From Clostridia bacterium (GTDB lineage Bacteria > Bacillota > Clostridia > Oscillospirales > CAG-382): a stretch of 46,466 nt of DNA. How positions within the stretch are numbered: position 1 is the stretch's first letter; each line of letters begins with the position of its first letter. Position numbers and translations under genes: made by a program. Below are positions 17,227-25,276 of this stretch, piece after piece. The notes below the pieces were generated by a model. That model was not told the DNA's origin. It did not search any database and saw nothing but the letters and a program-made list of their open reading frames with translations. The DNA is taken from positions 1 through 46,466 of the forward strand of contig JAGBUH010000053.1 of assembly GCA_017630915.1 (NCBI GenBank). Reading direction: 5' to 3'.

Positions 17227-18711
17227 ATGGAGGAAACGGTGTTTAAAAGTCTTTTCAGTAAATATCTAACGACATTTACCGTTATATTGGTGGTATGCAT
17301 TACTGCTATCATTTTGGCTGTTTCTTCTCGCGTATCGGTTGACAGCTATAATATACAAAAAGATTCAATGAACGTGGCGGCTGGGTCAGCGGGCATTATC
17401 ATTGAAAATTATCTGGAAATTAACGGCTACGATAAAATTCATGGTGCGTTTTCGGAAGGTGTCGGCCTGCAAAATGTGTTGGATTACGTTGCGCAAAAGA
17501 CAGAAGCCGACATATTTATTTTTGATACGGAAGGGCTTCTTGTCGGTTCGAATAACAACGATTATTTAAATACGGAACGTAGGCTTTCGCAAACCGCACT
17601 TTCTACTATATTGTCTTCCGAGGAAAACTACTCGATAGGTACTATCGACGGTTTTTTTGAAACCAACCGCATGAATGATTATCATGTAGCGTATGCTAAC
17701 GACGATCCGTTTATCGTATTGATAAGTATGAGTAATTACAGTAGTGTTGTATTTACAAGAGATATCACTATTGTTGTAATAACTGTTGCACTTTGGATGT
17801 TCCTTGCCGCGATGGTTTCACTGTATGTTATATCGCGGCGTACGACTGATCCGTTGAGCGAAATTATTTCGGCGGCTAAAAGTTATTCGAAAGGACGCTT
17901 TGATACTAAAATCGAATATGCGGGGCAAGACGAGGTTGCCGAACTCGCCGTTGCTATCAACGATATGGCGGCTTCGCTTGAACATATCGAAGAGGTTAGA
18001 AATTCGTTTTTAGGTAATGTTTCTCACGACTTGCGCACCCCGATGACGACAATCTCGGGTTTTGTAGACGGCATACTGGATGGCACAATACCGCCCGAAA
18101 AACACGAAAAGTATCTTAATATTATTTCACAAGAAGTAAAACGTCTGTCAAGACTTGTTAATACGCTTTTAGAAGTATCACGTCTTGAAAGCGGAAGCAA
18201 TTTGAAAATGACGGATTTTAACCTTTCCGAAACCGCACGCACCGTACTTATTTCATTTGAATCTAAAATAAGTAAGAAAAATATCGATATTCAGTTCGAA
18301 ACGGGCGAAGACGATATATACGTCAATGCCGATAAAGATGCAATCCACCGCATAATTTTTAATTTGATGGATAATGCGGTTAAATTTACCCCCGAACGAG
18401 GAAATATATCAATTTTGGTTTCAACCGTTGCCGACGGAAGAAAAAAACGAAAGGCACGGTTTGTTATACGTAACACGGGCGAGGGCATACCGAAAGAGGA
18501 ACTGCCTTATGTTTTTGAAAGGTTTTATAAAACCGACCGTTCCCGAGGTCTTGATAAAAGCGGAACGGGATTAGGGCTGTATATTGCTCAAACTTCTCTT
18601 CGTAATCACGGCGAAGAAATACATGTCGATTCGGTAAAAGGCGAATATACAGAGTTTTCGTTTACACTTCCCACCGCTTTGGTAGAGCCTGTTCCGAGAA
18701 GGTTTGCGTGA
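17227..18711 (+). CDS. Sensor histidine kinase (two TM segments, HAMP, HisKA, HATPase_c)
   Basis: H-box FLGNVSHDLRTPMTTISG, N-box FNLMDNAVKF and G-box GTGLGLYIAQ. The in-frame GTG at 17239 has a better RBS (GGAGG + 5 nt) than the ATG at 17227. No response regulator gene is adjacent. Confidence 0.9.
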   Translation: MEETVFKSLFSKYLTTFTVILVVCITAIILAVSSRVSVDSYNIQKDSMNVAAGSAGIIIENYLEINGYDKIHGAFSEGVGLQNVLDYVAQKTEADIFIFDTEGLLVGSNNNDYLNTERRLSQTALSTILSSEENYSIGTIDGFFETNRMNDYHVAYANDDPFIVLISMSNYSSVVFTRDITIVVITVALWMFLAAMVSLYVISRRTTDPLSEIISAAKSYSKGRFDTKIEYAGQDEVAELAVAINDMAASLEHIEEVRNSFLGNVSHDLRTPMTTISGFVDGILDGTIPPEKHEKYLNIISQEVKRLSRLVNTLLEVSRLESGSNLKMTDFNLSETARTVLISFESKISKKNIDIQFETGEDDIYVNADKDAIHRIIFNLMDNAVKFTPERGNISILVSTVADGRKKRKARFVIRNTGEGIPKEELPYVFERFYKTDRSRGLDKSGTGLGLYIAQTSLRNHGEEIHVDSVKGEYTEFSFTLPTALVEPVPRRFA

Positions 18712-18789
18712 TTTTATCAATAGTAAATTTAAGCGTTATTTAAGAATAGTGTTATAATCTTTTACCAGCAAAACGAAGGAGTTAAATAG

Positions 18790-20115
18790 ATGTCTTATAA
18801 TAATTTTGACTACAATAACCAAACGCCCCCTACGGGTGACAGCCGTCCCGATTATTCGTACAATTGGAACGGTTCTGAGCATAATAACAATAATAAAGGC
18901 GGCGGTTGGAAGACGTTAATTGCCATAGCGGTGATTGTCGGCGTGCTTGCTGTTGCAGTGTTTGGTATATTTATGGCACAGCAAAACAGCGGAGATGCTT
19001 CCTCTGACGTATCAAACAGTTCCGATATTTCGGATATGAGTGCTGATAATAATTCCAAACCGCCCAAGGATCCGCATGATTATTCGCGTGATCCTAATGC
19101 AAGTATTCCTGATTTCAAACCTGCACCCGATATTGATGCCGACCTTTCGACGATGTTAAGCGGCATTTACGAAGAATGTGCACCTGCATGTTGCACAATA
19201 AGCGTCAGCCTTAAAGGCAGACCTTATTCGATAGGAAGCGGTTTTGTAATAGACGCCGAAAACGGTTTTGTAGCGACTAATCATCACGTTATTGAAGAAG
19301 GCGATGAAATTAACGTTGTTTTCTATGACGGAACAGAATATCCTGCTCAAATCGTCGGAAGCGACTCAACAACCGACCTTGCGGTTCTCCACATAGAAGG
19401 CGAGGATTTGCCTCAGGTAAGTTTCGGTGATTCAAGCAAGGTGTTGATAGGCGAAAACGTTGTTGCGATAGGCACCCCGTTTGATATGACGTTGGCAGGT
19501 ACTATGACCTGCGGTATAATAAGCGGAATTGCGCGCGATATTGATATAACCAACAGTTCGGGTAAGGTTATAAAAACCATGACTCTTCTTCAAACCGACT
19601 GCTCGATAAACCCCGGTAACAGCGGTGGTCCGCTTATAGATATGGCGGGCAACGTTATCGGTATCACCTCAATGAAACTCGTTGATGAGCAATATGAGGG
19701 TATCGGTTTTGCTATTCCTATCACCAGCGCAATTGATATATTCCAAAAACTCATTTCGGGCGAGGATATAGGTGATAGCGATATCGCGGTTGCAACTCCT
19801 CAAATCGGTATTACGGTTTACGATGTTGAAGACGGATTGGAATATTTCCGTATGCGTCCCTATTGTGAATATCCCGAGGGTGTGCTTATTGCGGACATTG
19901 ATATGCACAGCTCTGCTTACAGAGCAGGTCTTTCGCGCTATGATATTATAACCGACTTTAATGGTGTTAAGGTTACCAATCGCGAGGAATTGACCAACGC
20001 GCTTTCGAATTATCGTGCCGGTGATAAAGTTGTTGTTACGGTGTTCCGTTTTAACCGTATGTTGACGGCAGGCGAATCTTATACTGTTGAGTTTAAACTT
20101 GACGCCGCTTCTTAA
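18790..20115 (+). CDS. htrA: Membrane-anchored HtrA/DegP-family (S1C) serine protease with a PDZ domain
   Basis: An N-terminal TM segment follows an Asn-rich head. The catalytic triad context is NHHV, DLAVL and GNSGGPL. The C-terminal region is PDZ-like. AAGGAG RBS. Confidence 0.9.
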   Translation: MSYNNFDYNNQTPPTGDSRPDYSYNWNGSEHNNNNKGGGWKTLIAIAVIVGVLAVAVFGIFMAQQNSGDASSDVSNSSDISDMSADNNSKPPKDPHDYSRDPNASIPDFKPAPDIDADLSTMLSGIYEECAPACCTISVSLKGRPYSIGSGFVIDAENGFVATNHHVIEEGDEINVVFYDGTEYPAQIVGSDSTTDLAVLHIEGEDLPQVSFGDSSKVLIGENVVAIGTPFDMTLAGTMTCGIISGIARDIDITNSSGKVIKTMTLLQTDCSINPGNSGGPLIDMAGNVIGITSMKLVDEQYEGIGFAIPITSAIDIFQKLISGEDIGDSDIAVATPQIGITVYDVEDGLEYFRMRPYCEYPEGVLIADIDMHSSAYRAGLSRYDIITDFNGVKVTNREELTNALSNYRAGDKVVVTVFRFNRMLTAGESYTVEFKLDAAS

Positions 20116-20120
20116 TAACT

Positions 20121-20165
20121 AAAAAAACGCAAACTGTCGCAGGGAAAACCTACGACAGTTTTTGT
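20121..20165. terminator. Bidirectional terminator between htrA and the amidase gene
   Basis: AAACTGTCG (20131-20139) pairs with CGACAGTTT (20153-20161). An A-run lies upstream and a T-run downstream. Confidence 0.75.
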
Positions 20166-20171
20166 TCTGCG

Positions 20172-20915
20172 CTATTTCAATTTGATGTATGCGCCGTAAC
20201 TGTAACCCTCGATTCCGTTAAATGTTACCAAATACCAATCGCCACTTTGACCTTTGATTTGAACCGTGCTTCCGTTGGGAATCTGACCGATGATTGTACC
20301 GTTAAGGTTGGGTGCGTTGCGTATATTCAAACGTCCGCCTTCGGTGACAACGGTGCCTGTTTGCGTGGGGTTGGGGTCTACAAGAGGAAGTCCAAAGTAG
20401 TCTGCAACCGATTGTGACAGGTTTTCTGCGATTGCTTGCAGATTGTTGGTTATCCAATCCGCGTCGGAAACGTTGTCGTGGTATGCGAGTTCGACCAATA
20501 CAGACGGTGCTCTCGTGTTGTTTAATTCGTAAAGACTTGTTGTGGCGAGTGCGCGTACTTTTTGAGGGTTAGGATAGATTTTTTTGAGATTTGTAACGAT
20601 AATGTCGGCGGCGCGTTTGCCGTTAACGCTGGTTGGATAGTAGTATACGTCGCTCCCTGATTGACGTCCGTAATTAGCCGAGCCCGAGGCATTAGAGTGC
20701 AGCGCAAGGTGTAGGGCATAGTCACCTGCGTTAGAAAGACGTACCGAATCTCCGACCGAACCTTCGGTGTTGTTTCTTGTAAACGTGATACCGCTTGCGG
20801 TAAGATAAGGTTCCATATAATCGGCGATAAGGTTCATGTAATATTCTTCACTTCCGCTTCCGTCGTAATATATGTTGTATTCCTGCGTTGACGGACTTAA
20901 AAACAGCATTGGCAT
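20172..20915 (-). CDS. N-acetylmuramoyl-L-alanine amidase (Amidase_3-like) with a C-terminal SH3b domain
   Basis: LHLALHSNAS and VLVELAYHDN resemble Amidase_3 motifs. The C-terminal segment GRLNIRNAPNLNGTIIGQIPNGSTVQIKGQSGDWYLVTFNGIEGYSYGAYIK is SH3b-like. GAGGAGG RBS. Confidence 0.85.
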   Translation of the reverse strand: MPMLFLSPSTQEYNIYYDGSGSEEYYMNLIADYMEPYLTASGITFTRNNTEGSVGDSVRLSNAGDYALHLALHSNASGSANYGRQSGSDVYYYPTSVNGKRAADIIVTNLKKIYPNPQKVRALATTSLYELNNTRAPSVLVELAYHDNVSDADWITNNLQAIAENLSQSVADYFGLPLVDPNPTQTGTVVTEGGRLNIRNAPNLNGTIIGQIPNGSTVQIKGQSGDWYLVTFNGIEGYSYGAYIKLK

Positions 20916-20986
20916 AATAATACCTCCTCAAAACCATTGTATGCGCAAAAAATACTGTTTGTCAGCAATTTTTTGGCAAAAAGATA

Positions 20987-21015
20987 TTGACAAACCGATA
21001 TTTGTGTGGTAATAT
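20987..21015 (+). promoter_or_regulatory. Strong sigma-A promoter of the infC-rpmI-rplT operon
   Basis: TTGACA (20987-20992), 17-nt spacer, TAATAT (21010-21015), with TGG directly upstream (extended -10). Confidence 0.6.
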
Positions 21016-21019
21016 TTGT

Positions 21020-21160
21020 TGGTACAAAGAAGTAGAGCGTTGCTCTCACCCTGCGGCAATAAGCCGAGCACGGTCAATATAAGGCTACGGTATAACTATG
21101 CCGTTAGTGTTTTTTGATTGTGCAAAGCGGGTTGTCTGCTTTGCTTTATTTTTTGTCAAA
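21020..21160 (+). promoter_or_regulatory. L20-type ribosomal protein leader (transcription attenuator) upstream of infC
   Basis: A ~140-nt structured leader lies between the promoter and infC. It holds two hairpins followed by U-runs: CTACGG..CCGTTAG + TGTTTTTTG (about 21085-21117) and GCAAAGC-GGGTTGTCT-GCTTTGC + TTTATTTTTT (21122-21154). The position matches the Firmicute L20 leader; I did not model the structure. Confidence 0.55.
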
Positions 21161-21189
21161 ATGCAAATTATTTTTGGAGGTGTCCTCTC

Positions 21190-21711
21190 ATCGCCACTAA
21201 ACCTACTTCCGCAATCAATGAAGAAATAAGAGCAACCGAAGTTCGAGTTATCGGTGCGGACGGTAATCAACTCGGCGTTATGAAACTTTCCGAAGCAATT
21301 CGTCTTTCCAATGAGGCGGAGCTCGACCTTGTCGAAATTGCCCCCGATTCTGTGCCCCCCGTGTGCAAGATAATGGATTACGGCAAATTCCGCTTTGAAA
21401 AAGAAAAGCGCGAAAAGGAACAACGTAAAAAACGTCAGATTATCGAACTCAAAGAAATTCAACTTAAATGCCGTATTGATACACATGACTTCAATACAAA
21501 GCTCAATCACACACTTAAATTTCTCTCTCAGGGAAATAAAGTTAAGGTAATCGTTAAATTCTTCGGCAGAGAAATGGCTCATACCGAGTTAGGCGCTCAG
21601 TTGCTTGACCGTTTTGCCGAAGGCTGCGGCGAAAATGCAGTTATCGAAAAGAAACCTCTTCTTGACGGAAGAAATATGACGATGATCCTCGCTCCTAAAA
21701 AAGTAAAATAA
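21190..21711 (+). CDS. infC: Translation initiation factor IF-3, probably with a non-AUG (AUC) start
   Basis: ...INEEIRATEVRVIGADGNQLGVM...PPVCKIMDYGKFRFE... is canonical IF-3. The track's ATG at 21118 lies inside the leader terminator. GGAGG (21176-21180) sits 9 nt before the in-frame ATC at 21190. That start leaves an N-terminus of the same length as B. subtilis IF-3. Confidence 0.88.
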   Translation: MATKPTSAINEEIRATEVRVIGADGNQLGVMKLSEAIRLSNEAELDLVEIAPDSVPPVCKIMDYGKFRFEKEKREKEQRKKRQIIELKEIQLKCRIDTHDFNTKLNHTLKFLSQGNKVKVIVKFFGREMAHTELGAQLLDRFAEGCGENAVIEKKPLLDGRNMTMILAPKKVK

Positions 21712-21729
21712 CCGAAAGGAATTATAACA

Positions 21730-21927
21730 ATGGGAAAAATTAAAACACACAAGGCTTCCGCAAAGCGTTTCTCCTTCACCGCAACCGGTAAGATCAAGAT
21801 GAATCACCCCGGTAAGCGTCATAAGACCGGTCTTAAACCCAGCAAGACCAAGAGAGCACTTCGTAAGGCATCTTACGTAAGCGACGCTCGTTATGACGAT
21901 CTTAAGAGAATGATCCCCTATAAATAA
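21730..21927 (+). CDS. rpmI: 50S ribosomal protein L35
   Basis: MGKIKTHKASAKRFSFTATGKIK...; 65 aa, very basic; sits in the infC-rpmI-rplT order. Confidence 0.95.
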   Translation: MGKIKTHKASAKRFSFTATGKIKMNHPGKRHKTGLKPSKTKRALRKASYVSDARYDDLKRMIPYK

Positions 21928-21946
21928 TTGACGGAGGTTTTGAAAG

Positions 21947-22300
21947 ATGGCAAGAATTAAAGGTGCATTAGCAACCAGAAAAAGAAGAAATAAGATGCTT
22001 AAACTCGCCAAAGGTTACTGGGGCGCAAAGAGTAAGCATTTCAAGATGGCGAAGCAAGCCGTTCTTAAAAGCGGCAACTACGCATTCGCAGGCAGAAAGC
22101 AAAAGAAGAGAGATTTCCGTTCTCTTTGGATTACCCGTATCTCTGCTCAATGCAAGGTAGAAGGTATCAACTACTCCCGTTTCATGTACGGTTTGAAGAA
22201 GAGCGGCATTGAACTTAACCGTAAGATGCTCAGCGAACTTGCTATTAACGATAAAGCAGCATTTGCTTCTATCGTTGAAACCGCAAAGAAGGCTCTTTAA
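21947..22300 (+). CDS. rplT: 50S ribosomal protein L20
   Basis: [39 protein letters not shown]...; 117 aa; GGAGG RBS. Confidence 0.97.
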   Translation: MARIKGALATRKRRNKMLKLAKGYWGAKSKHFKMAKQAVLKSGNYAFAGRKQKKRDFRSLWITRISAQCKVEGINYSRFMYGLKKSGIELNRKMLSELAINDKAAFASIVETAKKAL

Positions 22301-22337
22301 TTTATAACAGATTTATCAGAAATTGTTAATTCTTTTG

Positions 22338-22366
22338 TTGACATGTGTCGAATTGTTTGATATAAT
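22338..22366 (+). promoter_or_regulatory. Consensus sigma-A promoter for rpsU
   Basis: TTGACA (22338-22343), 17-nt spacer, TATAAT (22361-22366), with TGA upstream (extended -10). Confidence 0.6.
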
Positions 22367-22417
22367 GTCCCCAATAGATGCGATTTCCTCGGAAACCGAT
22401 GTAAGGGAGGGTTTAAA

Positions 22418-22594
22418 ATGGCAGAGGTAAGAGTTAAGGAGAATGAAACCATCGATAGCGCTCTCCGTAGATTCAAGAGATCTTATCTTAGAAGCGGCGT
22501 TCCTGCTGAGATTCGTAAGAGAGAACATTACGAAAAGCCCAGCGTAAAGCGCAAGAAGAAGTCCGAAGCGGCTCGCAAGCGTAAATTCAGATAA
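22418..22594 (+). CDS. rpsU: 30S ribosomal protein S21
   Basis: Read directly from the sequence; at 58 aa it falls below the track cutoff. The product is [68 protein letters not shown] lies 7 nt upstream. The track's minus ORF 22316..22624 is antisense to it. Confidence 0.93.
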   Translation: MAEVRVKENETIDSALRRFKRSYLRSGVPAEIRKREHYEKPSVKRKKKSEAARKRKFR

Positions 22595-22614
22595 GTTTCT
22601 GTCTAAAAGAAATA

Positions 22615-22656
22615 CAAAAAACACAATGGCGTAACAACCATTGTGTTTTTGTTTTT
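22615..22656 (+). terminator. Rho-independent terminator after rpsU
   Basis: ACACAATGG (22621-22629) pairs with CCATTGTGT (22638-22646), followed by TTTTTGTTTTT. Confidence 0.8.
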
Positions 22657-22752
22657 ATTATATTGTTGATATTAAAAATTTTTGAAAAGAGAGCGCGAGA
22701 GAAAAAACTTTTTATAATTTTCCTCTCGCTTTTAAAAACAAAAAATATAAAA

Positions 22753-23563
22753 TCAAACACCAAACACTTTTTTTGCGTTGGCGGAATAGATAAGGTCCTT
22801 TTCGATTTCGCTTAAACCGATGCTTTCTATCTGGTTGAATGCAAAGTCGGTATTCCAAAGCGGATAATCCGAGCCAAACATAACTTTGGTGACACCGTGT
22901 TTTTCGATCAAGCGGTAGAGTCCTTTTCCGTCCATGCCCAGAAACGCTTCGCTCGTGTCGGTATAAACGGGCGAACCGATAAGATACTGTTCGGCTTCGT
23001 CCCAAACGCTGTAACCGCACATGTGCGCCGCGATGATTGTTAGTTCGGGTATCTTTTCAAGAATGTTACAAACGCGCTTCGGCGTAGAGAAGTCGGTGTT
23101 CTTGTCGCCCACGTGAAAAAGAATCGGGAGGTTTAGCCTTGCCGCTTCTTTGTATATCTCCATGGCATTTTCTGCGTCGATGAAAAAACGTTGAAAATCC
23201 GAGTGAATCTTGATACCTTTTGCACCTAATGCTTTGCAACGTTCGAGTTCGCTAACGGCTTCGTCGAACCCCATTTCGGGGTGAAAAGATGCGAGGGGGA
23301 TGAAACGAGAATCGCTGTTTGCCGTGTTGATTAAAAAGTTGTTTCCGACCTGCGCGTGTTCTCTGTCGGGTTTAAGAGTGGCGGAGGATATCACAAAACG
23401 GATGTTGTCAAATTGTTCAGCACCCCTAAAAATGCCGTTCATAGAACCGTCGCCTTGACGCGGTACGGAATAGTAATTCACAATGTTGTCAGCGGCGCGT
23501 AAAGATTTTTTTGTCAGGCCAAATGTGTGTATGTACGTCGATAATTTCTCTTTTGATGCTCAT
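22753..23563 (-). pseudogene. Amidohydrolase (TIM-barrel metal-dependent hydrolase, Amidohydro_2-like) split by a +1 frameshift in an A7 tract
   Basis: ATG at 23563 (GGTGA RBS) gives MSIKREIIDVHTHIWPDKKIFTRR* and stops. The track ORF 22753..23481 continues in the next frame. Removing one A from the A7 run (plus-strand T7 at 23506-23512) gives a continuous ...HTHIWPDKKSLRAADNIVNYYSVPRQGDGSMNG... protein. Confidence 0.8.
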
Positions 23564-23574
23564 GTTGTCACCTA

Positions 23575-23615
23575 AAAAACGCTGTCGCGAAGTCATAATC
23601 GCAACAGCGCTTTTT
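23575..23615 (-). terminator. Terminator after the Cys/Asp-rich protein gene
   Basis: CGCTGT (23580-23585) pairs with ACAGCG (23604-23609), and 4 further inner base pairs extend the stem. It is flanked by A5 and T5 runs. Confidence 0.7.
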
Positions 23616-23633
23616 ACCTAATAAATTGTTAAA

Positions 23634-24131
23634 TTATTCGCAATCGCAACCGCAGTCACAACCACATTCGTCATCGTCGGCATCGGTCTCTACAAGAGTG
23701 AGAACCTTGCCACAGGAAGGACATTCGAGTTCGTCGATTTCTGCAACGTCACATTCGTCGATATAAACGGGTTCGCCGCAAGCGGGACATTCAAGTTCAA
23801 GACATTCGCAGCAATCACAGCAATCGCAATCATCGTCGCAGTCGTCGCAGTCGCAGTAATCAAAATCATCGTCACAATCACAATCGCAGTCACAATCGCA
23901 ATCGTCATCGCAGCAGTAGAAATCTTCTTCGATTGCGCCGAGGTCTTCGTCGATTTCTTCGATATAATCGTTGAGATTAGCGGTTTCGTCTTCAAGGTCT
24001 TGAATCGAAAGAGCGAGGTCTTCGAGAAGATTAGCCATAGCAGCGAGAACCTTGCCTTCATCTTTGGAAGTGTCGATGGACAAACCGTCCATAAGACCCT
24101 TAATATATGCAGCCTTTTCGGAAACGTTCAT
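23634..24131 (-). CDS. Acidic Cys/Asp-repeat protein with a CxxC...CxxC zinc-ribbon, unknown function
   Basis: 165 aa. A helical acidic N-terminal half (MNVSEKAAYIKGLMDGL...) is followed by CCDDDCDCDCDCDCDDDFDYCDCDDCDDDCDCCDCCEC. Then come CPACG...CPSCG and a C-terminal ECGCDCGCDCE. AAGGAGAA RBS. Confidence 0.8.
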   Translation of the reverse strand: MNVSEKAAYIKGLMDGLSIDTSKDEGKVLAAMANLLEDLALSIQDLEDETANLNDYIEEIDEDLGAIEEDFYCCDDDCDCDCDCDCDDDFDYCDCDDCDDDCDCCDCCECLELECPACGEPVYIDECDVAEIDELECPSCGKVLTLVETDADDDECGCDCGCDCE

Positions 24132-24281
24132 TCTGTTTCTCCTTTTTTAGTTTAGGATATGTGTTTCACTTGAAAATATACAATGAAATTATAACTAAGA
24201 TATCCGCGAGGCGCGAGACGCGAGTGTACGGACATCCGAAACCCGTTGAAAATAAGTGTCTTCAACGGAGAACGCAGCGGA

Positions 24282-24839
24282 TTATACTCTTTCGAGATAT
24301 TCGCAGGTTCTGGTGTCGATTTTAATAACGTCGCCTTCGTTGATGAAGATCGGAACCTTAACTTCTGCGCCGGTTTCAACGGTAGCAGGTTTGGTAACGT
24401 TGGTAGCGGTATTGCCTCTTACGCCGGGTTCGGTAGCGGTAACTTCCAATTCAACGAAGATGGGAGGTTCAACCGAGAAAACGTTGTCCTTGTAGGACAT
24501 AAGTCTGCAAGTCATACCTTCTTTAACAAACTTAAAGCTGTCGGGAAGCTTGTCTGCGTTAAGGGGAACTTGGTCGTATGTTTCGGGATCCATGAAGTAA
24601 TAAAGATCGCCGTCAGAGTAGCTGTATTCCATATCCTTTCTTTCAACGATAGCTTGAGGGAATCTTGCGGTGGGGTTGAAAGAAGTTTCGATAACTGCGC
24701 CGGAGATGATGTTTCTCATTTTGGTTCTAACGAACGCTGCGCCTTTACCGGGTTTTACGTGTTGGAATTCGATGACCTGCATAAGTTGGCCATCCATTTC
24801 AAAGGTCAGACCGTTTCTGAAATCGCCTGCCGAAATCAT
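24282..24839 (-). CDS. efp: Elongation factor P
   Basis: [43 protein letters not shown]...; 185 aa; conserved KPGKG loop; AGGAGG RBS. Confidence 0.97.
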   Translation of the reverse strand: MISAGDFRNGLTFEMDGQLMQVIEFQHVKPGKGAAFVRTKMRNIISGAVIETSFNPTARFPQAIVERKDMEYSYSDGDLYYFMDPETYDQVPLNADKLPDSFKFVKEGMTCRLMSYKDNVFSVEPPIFVELEVTATEPGVRGNTATNVTKPATVETGAEVKVPIFINEGDVIKIDTRTCEYLERV

Positions 24840-24893
24840 AATATTTCCTCCTGATTTATGTCTAAATTATAAGACAATATTTTTAACTACTAT

Positions 24894-24922
24894 ATTTTAT
24901 ATGAAAAGGCACATTTTGTCAA
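24894..24922 (-). promoter_or_regulatory. Sigma-A promoter for efp
   Basis: The minus strand reads TTGACA (24922-24917), 17-nt spacer, TAAAAT (24899-24894). Confidence 0.55.
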
Positions 24923-24945
24923 GTGTTTTTTGATATAGCAAAAAC

Positions 24946-25158
24946 CTATTGACAGGAATTTTGGTATTTTTCGGGGGCGATTTGAATGGTTTTGACCATA
25001 TCGCCGTTTATCATCGAAATAACGCCTTTTTTGTCCTTGACTTTAATCCAGTTGTCTTCGACGTCGATTATTCTGGCAAGAGGGGACATAGAACCCTCGA
25101 AAACGGAAACGTAACAAACCTTTCCGACAAATTCTTTTATCATTTCTTTTGGAAGCAT
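24946..25158 (-). CDS. Small (70 aa) hypothetical protein between the aminopeptidase gene and efp
   Basis: I trimmed the track ORF 24946..25395 to the ATG at 25158, which has AAGGAGAA upstream. The longer version would overlap the aminopeptidase gene. The product is MLPKEMIKEFVGKVCYVSVFEGSMSPLARIIDVEDNWIKVKDKKG... Confidence 0.6.
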   Translation of the reverse strand: MLPKEMIKEFVGKVCYVSVFEGSMSPLARIIDVEDNWIKVKDKKGVISMINGDMVKTIQIAPEKYQNSCQ

Positions 25159-25276
25159 ATCTGTTTTCTCCTTATGTGTTATTCGTGTAAATAAAAAACG
25201 TTGTCTTTTTTGCTGTGGGATGATTACTGCAAAGAGTAAAATGAAAATTACAATTGGAAAAAAGTTTATATGCATA

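Noticed and set aside
21118-21189. ATG at 21118 as the infC start (the track's 197-aa version)
   Set aside because: The ATG lies within the leader terminator hairpin (21122-21154) and has no RBS. The added residues (MCKAGCLLCFIFCQNANYFWRCPL) are not IF-3-like. ATC 21190 behind GGAGG fits better.
22316-22624. 102-aa minus-strand ORF
   Set aside because: It lies exactly antisense to a perfect rpsU (S21) gene that has a consensus promoter, an RBS and a terminator. The track missed rpsU only because it is 58 aa long.
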